NCBI GenBank assembly: GCA_002256025.1
Contig: NKIB01006075.1
Span: 62,001-126,000, forward strand
DNA length: 64,000 nucleotides
From: Asterionella formosa
Lineage: Eukaryota
Reading direction: 5' to 3'
Shown: positions 12,780-22,918 of the stretch, one piece after another
Numbering within the stretch: position 1 is the stretch's first letter
Layout: every line of letters starts with the position of its first letter
Translations under genes and position numbers: made by a program
The notes under the pieces: generated by a model
What the model saw: only the letters and a program-made list of their open reading frames with translations
Told to the model about the DNA's origin: nothing
Database searches by the model: none

Positions 12780-13337
12780 TTACTCATGCAACAAAATGCC
12801 ATCAGCCCTACCTCCATCACGACAATTACACAGAAACAGAAATTGACAAGAGCACATGCTATGAGAATCGAAATCAGGCACCACAAGTGTCGATTGACAT
12901 GATGGTGGAGGAATGCTTTCATATCCGGCTTACAGGAAACCAAAATCGCCCCCTCCCCTGAGACCAGCAATACTAGGTATCGCCGATCTATGTTCACAAT
13001 TTGCCTTAAAAGGCCCCAATATTGTATGAGCGTCAACATGTTCTTGTATATTGCAGGTATCAAGTATGTCGTTTGAGTTGGAAGTATGAGCATTGAACCA
13101 CACAGCAAGGTCCGCCCAAGGAAAAAATGGCTACAGCGCGAAGAAAACAAATTCTTCCCCCTTTCCTTCTATAAACTGTACGTTGGATACATCGAATTCA
13201 TTTAGTGCACTTAGTGTGGTAGGTTGCCGTTTGTATTGCATTGCGACCTGTGGCTGATGTGCTGGTAGGTGAAAAAGATACTTCATTGAATTTGTTTGGC
13301 GCAGTTGTTGGATTACCACTGGTAACTTTTGTGTCAC
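12780..13337 (-). pseudogene. Fossil Cys-rich C-terminal domain of the upstream giant secreted protein
   Basis: One continuous frame ...EEFVFFAL*PFFPWADLAVWFNA...DTCNIQEHV...GPFKANC...GFL*AGYESIPPPSC...SMCSCQFLFLCNC...HE* with stops at 13133-13131 and 12932-12930. Confidence 0.6.
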
Positions 13338-13413
13338 TTAGGTCAGCACATTGAATTTGTTTGGCGCAGTTGTTGGATTGCCACTGGGTCCTGTTGCGTC
13401 ACTTAGGTCAACA
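13284..13413. repeat. Tandem duplication of a 65-bp unit spanning the stop codon of the giant ORF
   Basis: CATTGAATTTGTTTGGCGCAGTTGTTGGATT...TCACTTAGGTCA starts at 13284 and 13349. Confidence 0.9.
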
Positions 13414-16400
13414 CAGAAAGAAAAATCAGCGATTGCACCAGGGCCAGAAAGGCGAACTATGACACTTGAAACCCCTGTCGCGTCAATTGCAATTCGTTGA
13501 AGCGCATTCGTGCCAGCGGCAGGTACAATAATGACCTGCTCATCTCCGAGAAAAGTCAGAACCACAACCTCGTTTAGACCGGGCCCCATTCCCAACAGCC
13601 CGATATTGAACACTTGATTAGCCGATGAGTCGAAGTGAAATGAAATGGTACCACCATCATTGTCATCATCAAGCCCTAATGAGCTGCTCGTCTCTTGAAT
13701 GATTAAAACGAGACCTTCCCCTAAGCAATTGGAATATTCAGAAGTGGGACCCCCCTCCGCACCAAAGCCACCTCCAGATGGTGTACAGTGAATGTTCGGA
13801 CTGCCAAGATTCGTGTTAGCCCCAGGATTCGCAGAATCAAAAATACGTGGCCGATCATCAGGAGTGAGTCCGCTTTTAGCGGAGGCTGATAGAGTCAATC
13901 CATAGATCTCAAACCACTCATACTTTACATAAGATCCCGGAGTAAGAGCAACCAATCTGTCATTAGTCTCGAAGTCAACGATTTTATACGAACACATGTT
14001 CCTTAGATTCTCAGTTAAAGGTGACGAAGAAGGGGAATTGAGTGAATAGGATAGGGAATGAGGAAAAAGGAATTGTGATGGCTTAGAAGAAGAACTGACG
14101 ATCACACTGGGACGGTTGCTCGGCTTAACAGATGAGAATATGCTGGTACTTGGAAGAGCGCTCGGTTCTAGGCTCGGATCAAAACTAACACTTAAAACCT
14201 GACTTGGCAACGCTGATGAAACTGTGCTGGTGCCTAATCCATCAGAAGCAGACAAGGTGGGGGAAGTACTGTCACTTGGCAAATACGATGGAGGGCCACT
14301 GGTTGCGATTGTAGGGTCATGCGTCAAAGTAGGGGCCATGCTTATCGACAAAGCATCTGTTGGGTTGTTACTCTTTGAAGGACCTAATGAGTCACTGATA
14401 CTGGGAGGTCCACTGGAAGGTCCACTAGGTTGTATCGCAGGCGAAAACATAGGAAAATACGAAGGGGATGTAGTAGGAACTGTGCTTGGCGCAAAAATTG
14501 ATGGTGCACGACTAGGGAGTTTCGTCAGAAGGGACGATGGGTTGGCACTGGGCCGACCTGACGGGGTGTTGCTCAAACTGGGACCAATATTAGGCTCCAC
14601 AGATGGGAAAATATTGGTACTTGGAAGAGCGGTCGGTACTAGGATCGGCTCAAAACTAACACTTAAAACCTGACTTGGCATCGTTGATGGACCTGTGCTG
14701 GGGCCTAGTCCATCAAAAGCAGACAAGGTGGGGGAAGTACTGTCACTTGGCAAATACGATGGAGGGCCACTGGTTGCGATTGTAGGGTCATGCGTCAACG
14801 TAGGGGCCATGCTTATTGACATAGCATCTGTTGGGTTGTAACTCTTTGAAGGACCTAATGACTCACTGATACTGGGAGGTCCACTTGGAAGTCTACTGGG
14901 AGGTCTACTGGGAGGTCCACTGGGTTGTAACGAAGGCGAAAAAGTAGGAATATACGAAGGGGATGTAGTAGGAATTGTGCTTGGCGCAAAAATTGATGGT
15001 GCACGACTTGGGAGTTTCGTCAGAAGGGATGATGGGATGGCACTGGGCCGACCTGACGGCGTGGTGCTCAAACTGGGACCAATATTAGGCTCCACAGATG
15101 GGAAAATTCTGGTACTTGGAAGAGTGCTCGGTACTAGGCTCGGCTCAAAACTAACACTTAGAACCTGACTTGGCAATGCTGATGGATCTGTGCTGGGGCC
15201 TAATCCATCAGAAGCAGACAAGGTGGGGGAAGTACTGTCACTTGGCAAATACAATGGAGGGCCACTGGTTGCGATTGTAGGGTCATGCGTCAAAGTAGGG
15301 GCCATGCTTATTGACATAGCATCTGTTGGGTTGTTACTCTTTGAAGAACCTAATGAGTCACTGATACTGGGAGGTCCACTGGGTTGTATCGAAGGCGAAA
15401 ACGTAGGAATATATGAAGGGGATGTAGTAGGAATTGTGCTTGGCGCAAAAATCGATGGTGCACGACTAGGGAGATTCGTCAGTAGGGATGATGAGATGGC
15501 ACTGGGCGGAAATGACGGCGTGTTGCTCAAACTGGGATCGATGTCAGGCTCAACAGATGGGAAAATTCTGGCACTTGGAAGAGCGCTCGGTACTACGCTC
15601 GGCTCCAAACTAACAAATAAAACCTGACTTGGCAACGCTGATGGAACTGTGCTAGGGCCTAATCCATCAGAAGCAGATAAGGTGGGGGAAGTACTGTCAC
15701 TTGGAAAATACGATGGAGGGCCACTGGTTGCGATTGTAGGGTCATGTCTCAACGTAGGGGCTATGCTTTTCGACAGGGCATCTGTTGGGTTGTTACTCTT
15801 TGAAGGACCAAATGACTCACTGATACTGGGAGGTCCACTAGAAGTTCCACTAGGTTGTAACGAAGGCGAAAACGTTGGAATATATGAAGGGGATGTAGTA
15901 GGAATTGTGCTTGGCGCAAAAATCGAAGGTGAAAAACTCGGGAGTTTCGCCAGAAGGGATGATGGGTTGGCACTGGGCCGACCTGACGGCATGTGGCTCA
16001 AACTCAGGCCAATGTTAGGCTCAAGAGATGGGAAAATGCTGGTTTTTGGAAGAGCGCTAGGTACTAGGCTCGGCTCAAAACTATCACTTAGAACCTGACT
16101 TGGCAATGCTGATGGACCTATGCTGGGGCCCAATCCATCAGAAGCAGACAAGGTGGGGGAAGTACTGTCACTTGGCAAATACGATGGAGGGCCACTGGTT
16201 GCGATTGTAGGGTCATCCGTCAACGTAGGGGCCATGCTTTTCGACAGAGCATCTGTTGGGTTGCTACTCTTTGAAGGACCTAATGAGTCACTGATACTGG
16301 GAGGTCCACTGCGAAATCTACTGGGAGGTCCACTGGGTTGTAACGAAGGCGAAAACGTTGAAATATATGAAGGGGATGTAGTAGGAATTGTGCTTGGCGC

Positions 16401-19400
16401 AAAAATCGATGGTGCACGACTAGGGAGTTTCGACAGAAGAGATGATGGGATGTCACTGGGCAGAAATGACGGCGTGTTGCTCAAATTGGGATCGATGTTA
16501 GGCTCAACAGATGGGAAAATTCTGGCACTTGGAAGAGCGCTCGGTACTACGCTCGGCTCCAAACTCACACTTAAAACCTGACTTGGCAACGCTGATGGAA
16601 CTGTGCTAGGGCCTAATCCATCAGAAGCAGACAAGGTGGGGGAAGTACTGTCACTTGGAAAATACGATGGAGGGCCACTGGTTGCGATTGTAGGGTCATC
16701 CGTCAACGTAGGGGCTATGCTTTTCGACAGAGCATCTGTTGGGTTGTAACTCTTTGAAGGACCTAATGAGTCACTGATACTGGGAGGTCCACTGGGTTGT
16801 AACGAAGGCGAAAACGTTGGAATATATGAAGGGGATGTAGTAGGAATTGTGCTTGGCGCAAAAATCGATGGTGCACGACTAGGGAGATTCGTCAGTAGGG
16901 ATGATGAGATGGCACTGGGCGGAAATGACGGCGTGTTGCTCAAACTGGGATCGATGTCAGGCTCAACAGATGGGAAAATTCTGGCACTTGGAAGAGCGCT
17001 CGGTACTAGGCTCGGATCAAAACTCATACTTAAAACCTGACTTGGCATCGCTGATGGAACTGTGCTGGGGCCTAGTCCATCATAAGCAGACAGGCTAGGA
17101 GAGGCACTCGTGTTGGAAACATGGGATATTTCAGCACTCGGCTCTGTTGAGTTAAATGCTGAAGAAGGGAAAACCGAAATGGTAGAACCTGGAGTCAAAG
17201 ATTGCTTTACGGCAGGCTTGTTCGTAGGGGTTTTCGTACGTAATGTTGGCTGATGATGCGACGTGTACAACGATGAATGTCCGGAAGAAAATGTGGTCGG
17301 GATTTCTGAATGACCTGTGCTTGGCATACTCGAGAGATCTCGACTAGGGAATGTCGTTGGAAGGGGTGATGGGGGTGGAGTTGGTCTAGCTGCACTTGGA
17401 TTCGACGAAATCGACTTTCGTTTAACGAAATCTTGATCTGACAGTTCTTCACCTGATTTCAGGGAAACCATGATGATGTTGTCTGTTGGGTCACCTTCTG
17501 CATCATCGACATCGTAGAACCCAGGCAGACGAGATTCAATGATGGTATATTGGCCAGGCAGGAGATGACGGAATTCGTATGTACCATTATTGCCAGTCAG
17601 CATAGATTGCACGACAATTCCATTATAATTGTACAAAGTGATATTGACCCCATCCATTGGCAATTCTCCTTCAGAATCACCGTTTATGTCTTGAGTCACT
17701 TCTCCTTTGATCAATGCCTCTCTTTCATCAAAAAAGTCAAGACCAGTTATGTTTTCACAAGGAGAAAGAATGAATGGAATTATATCATCTCGAGGATCAC
17801 CCCTGCACATGAATTGGGGAGGATTTGTCTCGACCACAATGTAATTGCCTGCTGGTAGATCATGAAAGATATAGTTTCCACTTCTGTCCGTGGTGGCTGT
17901 GTTAATCACATTCCCAACCGCGTTCAACAGAGTAACCAAGACACCAGCAAGGCCGAAATCACCTTGATTGTCTATGTCTATATCCTCGCTAACATTTCCA
18001 GACACAGAACCAAGGGAGCATGACAGTAGTAGCGTTGGCACAGTTGTGGTACCAGCGGCAGGACCTTCATTCGGCAGTTTCGATGGTAGTAAACTTAAGC
18101 CCTTACTGTCGATTGGCGTACCAGATGGTGTACCCGATGGATAGACTCTTGCATTTAGGAAGTTGGCAGGAGCTACACTAGGCCTAACAGTTGGAATAGT
18201 CGTCACTCTAGTATCACCAGGAGCGCTCGGCGTTGGAGCCAGACTCCGAATGTGGTTGTCGAATGGAGCCTTTGACAGGAGCGGCACGGGGCTAGTTGAG
18301 GATCCAGATGTTGGATTATGGCTGAGGAACGGGGCCAATGGTGGCTTGGGTCTTCGTGATGGGAATGTTGTACTTGGATGGTCGGAATCCCGACTAGCTG
18401 GCTTGGAAGGTTTTGTTGGTGACAAAGAAAATTGTGGTGTAGTTGGAGACGGCATTCTAGATGGATCAGCAATTGTATGAGATGATGGACCAACAATCGG
18501 CCTCGTTGAGGGTTGTGGTTTAGTTGGAGACGGCATTCTAGATGGATCAGCAATTGTATGAGTTGATGGACCAACAATCGGCCTCGTTGAGGGTTGTGGT
18601 TTAGTTGGAGACGGCATTCTAGATGGATCAGCAATTGTATGAGGTGATGGACCAACAATCAGGCTCGTCGAAGGCACACCACTGATGGGGTATGGAGACC
18701 TGGTATTGGGTGACGACGGTTGCTGCAATTCCAATTTACTGTTTGGAGAAGGCATCACCGGGAATACTGTACTAGGCCGCTGGGAATCCCTATTAGTTGG
18801 CCTAGGAGTATTTGTTGGTGAGGAGGAAAAAAGCGGTTTAGGCTGAGATGGCATTCCAGTTGGATCTGCAATTAAACGAGAAGGAGAACTACCGATCGGC
18901 CTGTTTGATGGCACACCACCAATGGGGTTGGAGGACCCGGTAAGGGGCGACGACGATGGACGCAATTTTACCTTCCTGTTTGGAGACGAGGAAACCGACT
19001 TCAACAGAACAAAGTTTTTTCCGGTCATTGTTTCCCCAGGCTTTAAAGAAACCTTAATCTTGTAGTCAGTCGGATTGCCTTCTGCATCCGCCACATGATG
19101 AAAAAAAATGGTGTAGTCCCTTGGAGGGAGCCCACGGAATTCGTATTGACCGTTGGCTCGTGTCCGTACTGACTGCACAAGCTTATCGTTAACATCGTAT
19201 AGAAAAATCTTCACCCCTGAAAAGTCTACACCTCCTTGAGTCACCTTGCCTCTGATTGCAGCAGACCTTTCGTCAACAAAGTCCAGCCCAGTCAGGTTTT
19301 CACCAGCGGAAAGGACAAATGGGATCAAATTATCAAACTCATTTCCTTTGAAATCCCATAAATAAACAAAATCAGGAAGGTCCGTCTCGAAAGCTACATA

Positions 19401-21791
19401 ATTGCCAGCAGGTAGATTATAAAATGCATAATTTCCAATCCTGTCGGTTGCGGTGTTGGCAATCTCGTTTCCGGTCGAACCCACGAGAATGATACTAACC
19501 CCAGAAAGTCCTACTTTGCCTTTATCATCTCGATCAATTTTTTCGCTGACATTTCCAGAAGCTGAACCTAGCAAAGTATTGGAAACAAGAGTCGGATCTG
19601 TCGGCGATTTCATTGGATGAGGTTTGGATGGTAGTTTCAGCGGGCTGGTGCTGGGAATGACAATTTCTGAGTCTTCGGTTTCGGTTTCTTCAAACGCTTT
19701 AGTCGGCAAAGTAATTGGTGTCAAAGTGGGTGATGTGGACGGAGAGAAAGAAATGGGCAAATGTGTCTTTGCCAAAGGTGCGGTCGGAGTAGAACATTCT
19801 TTTATTGGAAGAATAGTGGGTTTTGTGGCTTTACTGTTTCTTAATTCGTTGGAATGACTATCAGCGCTCAGTTGCGGTTTTCTTGTTGGAGAAACAATTG
19901 CTCGATAACTCAAGGAGGATGGAGAGAATCCAGAGTTGCTATTTCTATTCGATTGTCCACTTTTGGAAGGTCCTGCATTGCCCGCCTTTGATTTTACAGT
20001 CTCAACTCCCAGGGATGCCGATGGAATAATATTTTTAGGAAACAATGGATCAAAAGTCAAAGGAGACGGCGTACCCTTGCCAAAGTGGTCTAGCAGTGAA
20101 GCTGAAGGTTTGATACTAGTAGTGCCACACAAAGCATGGTCCAGAGGAAGAATTGCGACGACAGAGCGAACCCCTTTCTGGAATAGAGTGAAAGTTGCAG
20201 TCTTACTGCTTGACTTGGACTTGAATCGTGCCTTATTGCTGGTGCCTTTCTCTTGTCTATCAGTTTGGGACTCAGCATCCGATGTATGTGAAATATAATT
20301 GCGCAGCTGCGTAACACCTGGAGGCTTGTTAGTGCTCACGAAAATTTCAGAGCGCACGTTCGATTGATAAGGATTGTAAAATTTTGATCGAGTGATGTGC
20401 TGCGAGTCCGGGGAGCCTGGCGCGGAATGGAGGAAATTATGCCTCAACTGTCGCCCAGATTTTCCACTCTTCTTGTTAGGATTTGAGCCATTGATCCCAT
20501 CCGAAATTCCGGCTTCATTTGAGGCACTGAATATATTTGCACAAGGAAAGCTCCATAAGTCGCCATCAACGACTTCACCTGGGCAAATGAATTTGACTTG
20601 CTGGCACGCCTCATGGAAGGAAGGCAAAATGGCTTGTCCTTCCTTGTAAACCAAAGTTTGCTTAGATGATTGCCCCGCGCTTTCCTTACCAAGGCGACGC
20701 CAGCGGTCCAAGTTGTCACCATAACGGTCTGTAGATCCGCTTTCAAATTTCCATTCGCTTCCGCGATTTGCCTGGACTGACTTACTTCTTTCTGCAACCC
20801 TGCGGTTGGGCGGATAAACCTTCTCTCCTGGGTATTCACAACGGCACGTAGAAGTTCTGTTGTAGGTAGCTTGAAAAAGTCGACCTTTAGAGCTGGGAGG
20901 CGAGTGTTGAGACGACGACGCGGAATGTGCTGCTCCAGTAGTTTTCTCACCGTCGTCTAATTTTGTTGTCTTGCGCGACAATGCTTCCACTCGTGGTAGT
21001 CGGCGCCGGTTCGATCTTGGTGATGATGACACTTTGTTGGATGATGGTGATGATGCGATATTATTTTGGCGCGCCAAATCGGAAACCCGGATAGTGTCCT
21101 TGCTTCCAAAATGATTGTAAGGCACGAAACTGATGTCAAGGACACTGGTGGATGTTGTGGACACATCAGAATTTCTGGAATTTGCGAATAATTGCTTCTC
21201 CCGATGACGAATATGACGGCGGCCAAGAATAGGGAGATGGGAGGACTTCTTGGCACGCACGGCAGCTTTGGAAGATTTGTCAGAAAATCGGATGGACTCA
21301 TGATACTTGATGCCGTAACGACTGTCATCATGGCTGCGAATGGCGTTGATGGCGATGCTTGGGTCAGTAGACCGTAGAGCAATCAATGCTGGAAGATGCA
21401 TAAATATAGCTTGGGTCGTGGAAGCTGGATCGGTGTCACTATCGCTTGTTTTGGAAGAGGGAACGATGGTGAAGGGAGACGAGGACGAAGGACGAGAAGG
21501 ATCGCCGCGAATAGGATGCATGGCGGCTTCCGTCATTCCACCAGTAGCTGTTGTTGTCATCATTGTCGCTATCATGAGTTCAGGAGACGCAAGACTCATA
21601 GTAGTCACCATCCTTTCGTTTTCTGCGAGAATTTCTTCAGAAGTTGGCAATGGGTTAACAACGTTCGAAGTAATGGAATCATCGACAACACTGGCGACGT
21701 CGTGCTTGTGTGGCACATGCGATTTGCCAGTGACGCGCACCAGGAGAAGGAGACCAACGAGAAAGAGGGCGAAAAGTTGAAGGTTCTTCAT
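13338..21791 (-). CDS. Giant secreted Pro/Ser/Thr-rich adhesin/mucin-like protein with four SdrD-B/CnaB-like domains, ~2817 aa, intronless
   Basis: ATG 21791 and signal peptide MKNLQLFALFLVGLLLLVRVTG; SGNVSED...GV.VTL...TTD.SGNY.F..LPAGNY...DF.DE domains at ~19570-19000 and ~18020-17420; long PS/PT repeats; C-terminal VDFE...PRIFDSANP...LGSPN...VLIIQE...GGTISFHF domain. Confidence 0.85.
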   Translation of the reverse strand: MKNLQLFALFLVGLLLLVRVTGKSHVPHKHDVASVVDDSITSNVVNPLPTSEEILAENERMVTTMSLASPELMIATMMTTTATGGMTEAAMHPIRGDPSRPSSSSPFTIVPSSKTSDSDTDPASTTQAIFMHLPALIALRSTDPSIAINAIRSHDDSRYGIKYHESIRFSDKSSKAAVRAKKSSHLPILGRRHIRHREKQLFANSRNSDVSTTSTSVLDISFVPYNHFGSKDTIRVSDLARQNNIASSPSSNKVSSSPRSNRRRLPRVEALSRKTTKLDDGEKTTGAAHSASSSQHSPPSSKGRLFQATYNRTSTCRCEYPGEKVYPPNRRVAERSKSVQANRGSEWKFESGSTDRYGDNLDRWRRLGKESAGQSSKQTLVYKEGQAILPSFHEACQQVKFICPGEVVDGDLWSFPCANIFSASNEAGISDGINGSNPNKKSGKSGRQLRHNFLHSAPGSPDSQHITRSKFYNPYQSNVRSEIFVSTNKPPGVTQLRNYISHTSDAESQTDRQEKGTSNKARFKSKSSSKTATFTLFQKGVRSVVAILPLDHALCGTTSIKPSASLLDHFGKGTPSPLTFDPLFPKNIIPSASLGVETVKSKAGNAGPSKSGQSNRNSNSGFSPSSLSYRAIVSPTRKPQLSADSHSNELRNSKATKPTILPIKECSTPTAPLAKTHLPISFSPSTSPTLTPITLPTKAFEETETEDSEIVIPSTSPLKLPSKPHPMKSPTDPTLVSNTLLGSASGNVSEKIDRDDKGKVGLSGVSIILVGSTGNEIANTATDRIGNYAFYNLPAGNYVAFETDLPDFVYLWDFKGNEFDNLIPFVLSAGENLTGLDFVDERSAAIRGKVTQGGVDFSGVKIFLYDVNDKLVQSVRTRANGQYEFRGLPPRDYTIFFHHVADAEGNPTDYKIKVSLKPGETMTGKNFVLLKSVSSSPNRKVKLRPSSSPLTGSSNPIGGVPSNRPIGSSPSRLIADPTGMPSQPKPLFSSSPTNTPRPTNRDSQRPSTVFPVMPSPNSKLELQQPSSPNTRSPYPISGVPSTSLIVGPSPHTIADPSRMPSPTKPQPSTRPIVGPSTHTIADPSRMPSPTKPQPSTRPIVGPSSHTIADPSRMPSPTTPQFSLSPTKPSKPASRDSDHPSTTFPSRRPKPPLAPFLSHNPTSGSSTSPVPLLSKAPFDNHIRSLAPTPSAPGDTRVTTIPTVRPSVAPANFLNARVYPSGTPSGTPIDSKGLSLLPSKLPNEGPAAGTTTVPTLLLSCSLGSVSGNVSEDIDIDNQGDFGLAGVLVTLLNAVGNVINTATTDRSGNYIFHDLPAGNYIVVETNPPQFMCRGDPRDDIIPFILSPCENITGLDFFDEREALIKGEVTQDINGDSEGELPMDGVNITLYNYNGIVVQSMLTGNNGTYEFRHLLPGQYTIIESRLPGFYDVDDAEGDPTDNIIMVSLKSGEELSDQDFVKRKSISSNPSAARPTPPPSPLPTTFPSRDLSSMPSTGHSEIPTTFSSGHSSLYTSHHQPTLRTKTPTNKPAVKQSLTPGSTISVFPSSAFNSTEPSAEISHVSNTSASPSLSAYDGLGPSTVPSAMPSQVLSMSFDPSLVPSALPSARIFPSVEPDIDPSLSNTPSFPPSAISSSLLTNLPSRAPSIFAPSTIPTTSPSYIPTFSPSLQPSGPPSISDSLGPSKSYNPTDALSKSIAPTLTDDPTIATSGPPSYFPSDSTSPTLSASDGLGPSTVPSALPSQVLSVSLEPSVVPSALPSARIFPSVEPNIDPNLSNTPSFLPSDIPSSLLSKLPSRAPSIFAPSTIPTTSPSYISTFSPSLQPSGPPSRFRSGPPSISDSLGPSKSSNPTDALSKSMAPTLTDDPTIATSGPPSYLPSDSTSPTLSASDGLGPSIGPSALPSQVLSDSFEPSLVPSALPKTSIFPSLEPNIGLSLSHMPSGRPSANPSSLLAKLPSFSPSIFAPSTIPTTSPSYIPTFSPSLQPSGTSSGPPSISESFGPSKSNNPTDALSKSIAPTLRHDPTIATSGPPSYFPSDSTSPTLSASDGLGPSTVPSALPSQVLFVSLEPSVVPSALPSARIFPSVEPDIDPSLSNTPSFPPSAISSSLLTNLPSRAPSIFAPSTIPTTSPSYIPTFSPSIQPSGPPSISDSLGSSKSNNPTDAMSISMAPTLTHDPTIATSGPPLYLPSDSTSPTLSASDGLGPSTDPSALPSQVLSVSFEPSLVPSTLPSTRIFPSVEPNIGPSLSTTPSGRPSAIPSSLLTKLPSRAPSIFAPSTIPTTSPSYIPTFSPSLQPSGPPSRPPSRLPSGPPSISESLGPSKSYNPTDAMSISMAPTLTHDPTIATSGPPSYLPSDSTSPTLSAFDGLGPSTGPSTMPSQVLSVSFEPILVPTALPSTNIFPSVEPNIGPSLSNTPSGRPSANPSSLLTKLPSRAPSIFAPSTVPTTSPSYFPMFSPAIQPSGPSSGPPSISDSLGPSKSNNPTDALSISMAPTLTHDPTIATSGPPSYLPSDSTSPTLSASDGLGTSTVSSALPSQVLSVSFDPSLEPSALPSTSIFSSVKPSNRPSVIVSSSSKPSQFLFPHSLSYSLNSPSSSPLTENLRNMCSYKIVDFETNDRLVALTPGSYVKYEWFEIYGLTLSASAKSGLTPDDRPRIFDSANPGANTNLGSPNIHCTPSGGGFGAEGGPTSEYSNCLGEGLVLIIQETSSSLGLDDDNDGGTISFHFDSSANQVFNIGLLGMGPGLNEVVVLTFLGDEQVIIVPAAGTNALQRIAIDATGVSSVIVRLSGPGAIADFSFCVDLSDATGPSGNPTTAPNKFNVLT
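14130..17100 (-). repeat. Coding tandem repeat, six full units of 459-495 bp plus a partial unit
   Basis: DGLG anchor at 14236, 14707, 15202, 15661, 16132, 16615, 17074 (spacings 471, 495, 459, 471, 483, 459). Confidence 0.92.
18430..18660 (-). repeat. Coding tandem repeat, 3 x 81 bp (IVGPSxHTIADPSRMPSPTKPQPSTRP)
   Basis: GGCATTCTAGATGGATCAGCAATTGTATGA at 18451, 18532, 18613. Confidence 0.92.
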
Positions 21792-22918
21792 GACTTCGCT
21801 ATGGAATATCAATATTTTTCGGAGGATGATTCTGGGGTATGCGATCTAGATAGGGACAGCGTTGACAGCGAAGGCACAGCTGATTCAGTTGCTGACTATG
21901 TAGAAGGGAGCAAAAAGATGTGGAAGGAAAAACGATGTCGTCTTGTACTTTGCTTTATCGGTATGTTGTGTGTAAAAAAGTGAGCAATGTCGGCACATTC
22001 TGAGCTTTTTGGCAGTTACATTTTTCATGCTTCTATCTGGTCGTTAGCATATGGAAAGTATTTGGACTCATGAAACATCCGCAAATCACCTTTCCTGTTC
22101 TGTTCTCTTTGCACTTCTCTCCAAACTTGACTCATTATTACTATTCTACCTACTACTTAAAATGCATAGTGTAACTCTCACCATACTTCTACGATCAAAG
22201 GAATGATGGGGCTGACTTCTCGCTCCAGTGCTCAAATGAATTCATGTATGTATTGAAGCAAGATCAAATTTTCTGATGGGGCACCAAAGTTGCAAAATCC
22301 ATTGGTTCTACCGGTATATTACTACAAATTACACGATTTCATACACACATACATACTGCATTATTTTCATGTTCTTCGTATCAAGGTATTTCCTATGTTC
22401 AAATATGTGCATATAAAACATGTTGTTTGACTTTGACAACGAGCGAATCAATATTTTAACCATTTTTGACAGCCGGTAATATACCCGGTACATATTATAC
22501 ATTTACATATATACAAGGTATGAATATTATAAAACTCTATTTAAATAATAATCACTGGAATCCAGGATTACCGAGTCCCAGATTAGCTATAGTTCAGGTG
22601 AACCTGGTAACCTAATATATACATAAGAATACAAACCTGTCACATCATATTCATTGAGTACGTAATACACATTACAGTAGGAACCAGGCATGGCTGCATA
22701 CTGTATCATGCATTCATGATTTTTCATAATACTCTTCCAGCAGAACAAAGGTCGTCAAGAATGTATTTATACTTTTTATTAGACCTACAGGTATTTGTAT
22801 ATATACCACGGCTTGCTTCTTTCTCTATTATATAGACATGAATTAGTATGAGACGCCTGCCATCAATCAGAATAAATTACTTGACTCTCACCACAATCAT
22901 GTCCAACAAGTACATAAA

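Noticed and set aside
12746..13150. 134-aa hydrophobic minus-strand ORF
   Set aside because: No ATG start or recognisable family; the overlapping stop-interrupted frame explains the region better
14224..17098. Series of ~150-aa plus-strand ORFs (Gly/Leu/Val-rich)
   Set aside because: Antisense shadows of the Pro/Ser mucin repeats
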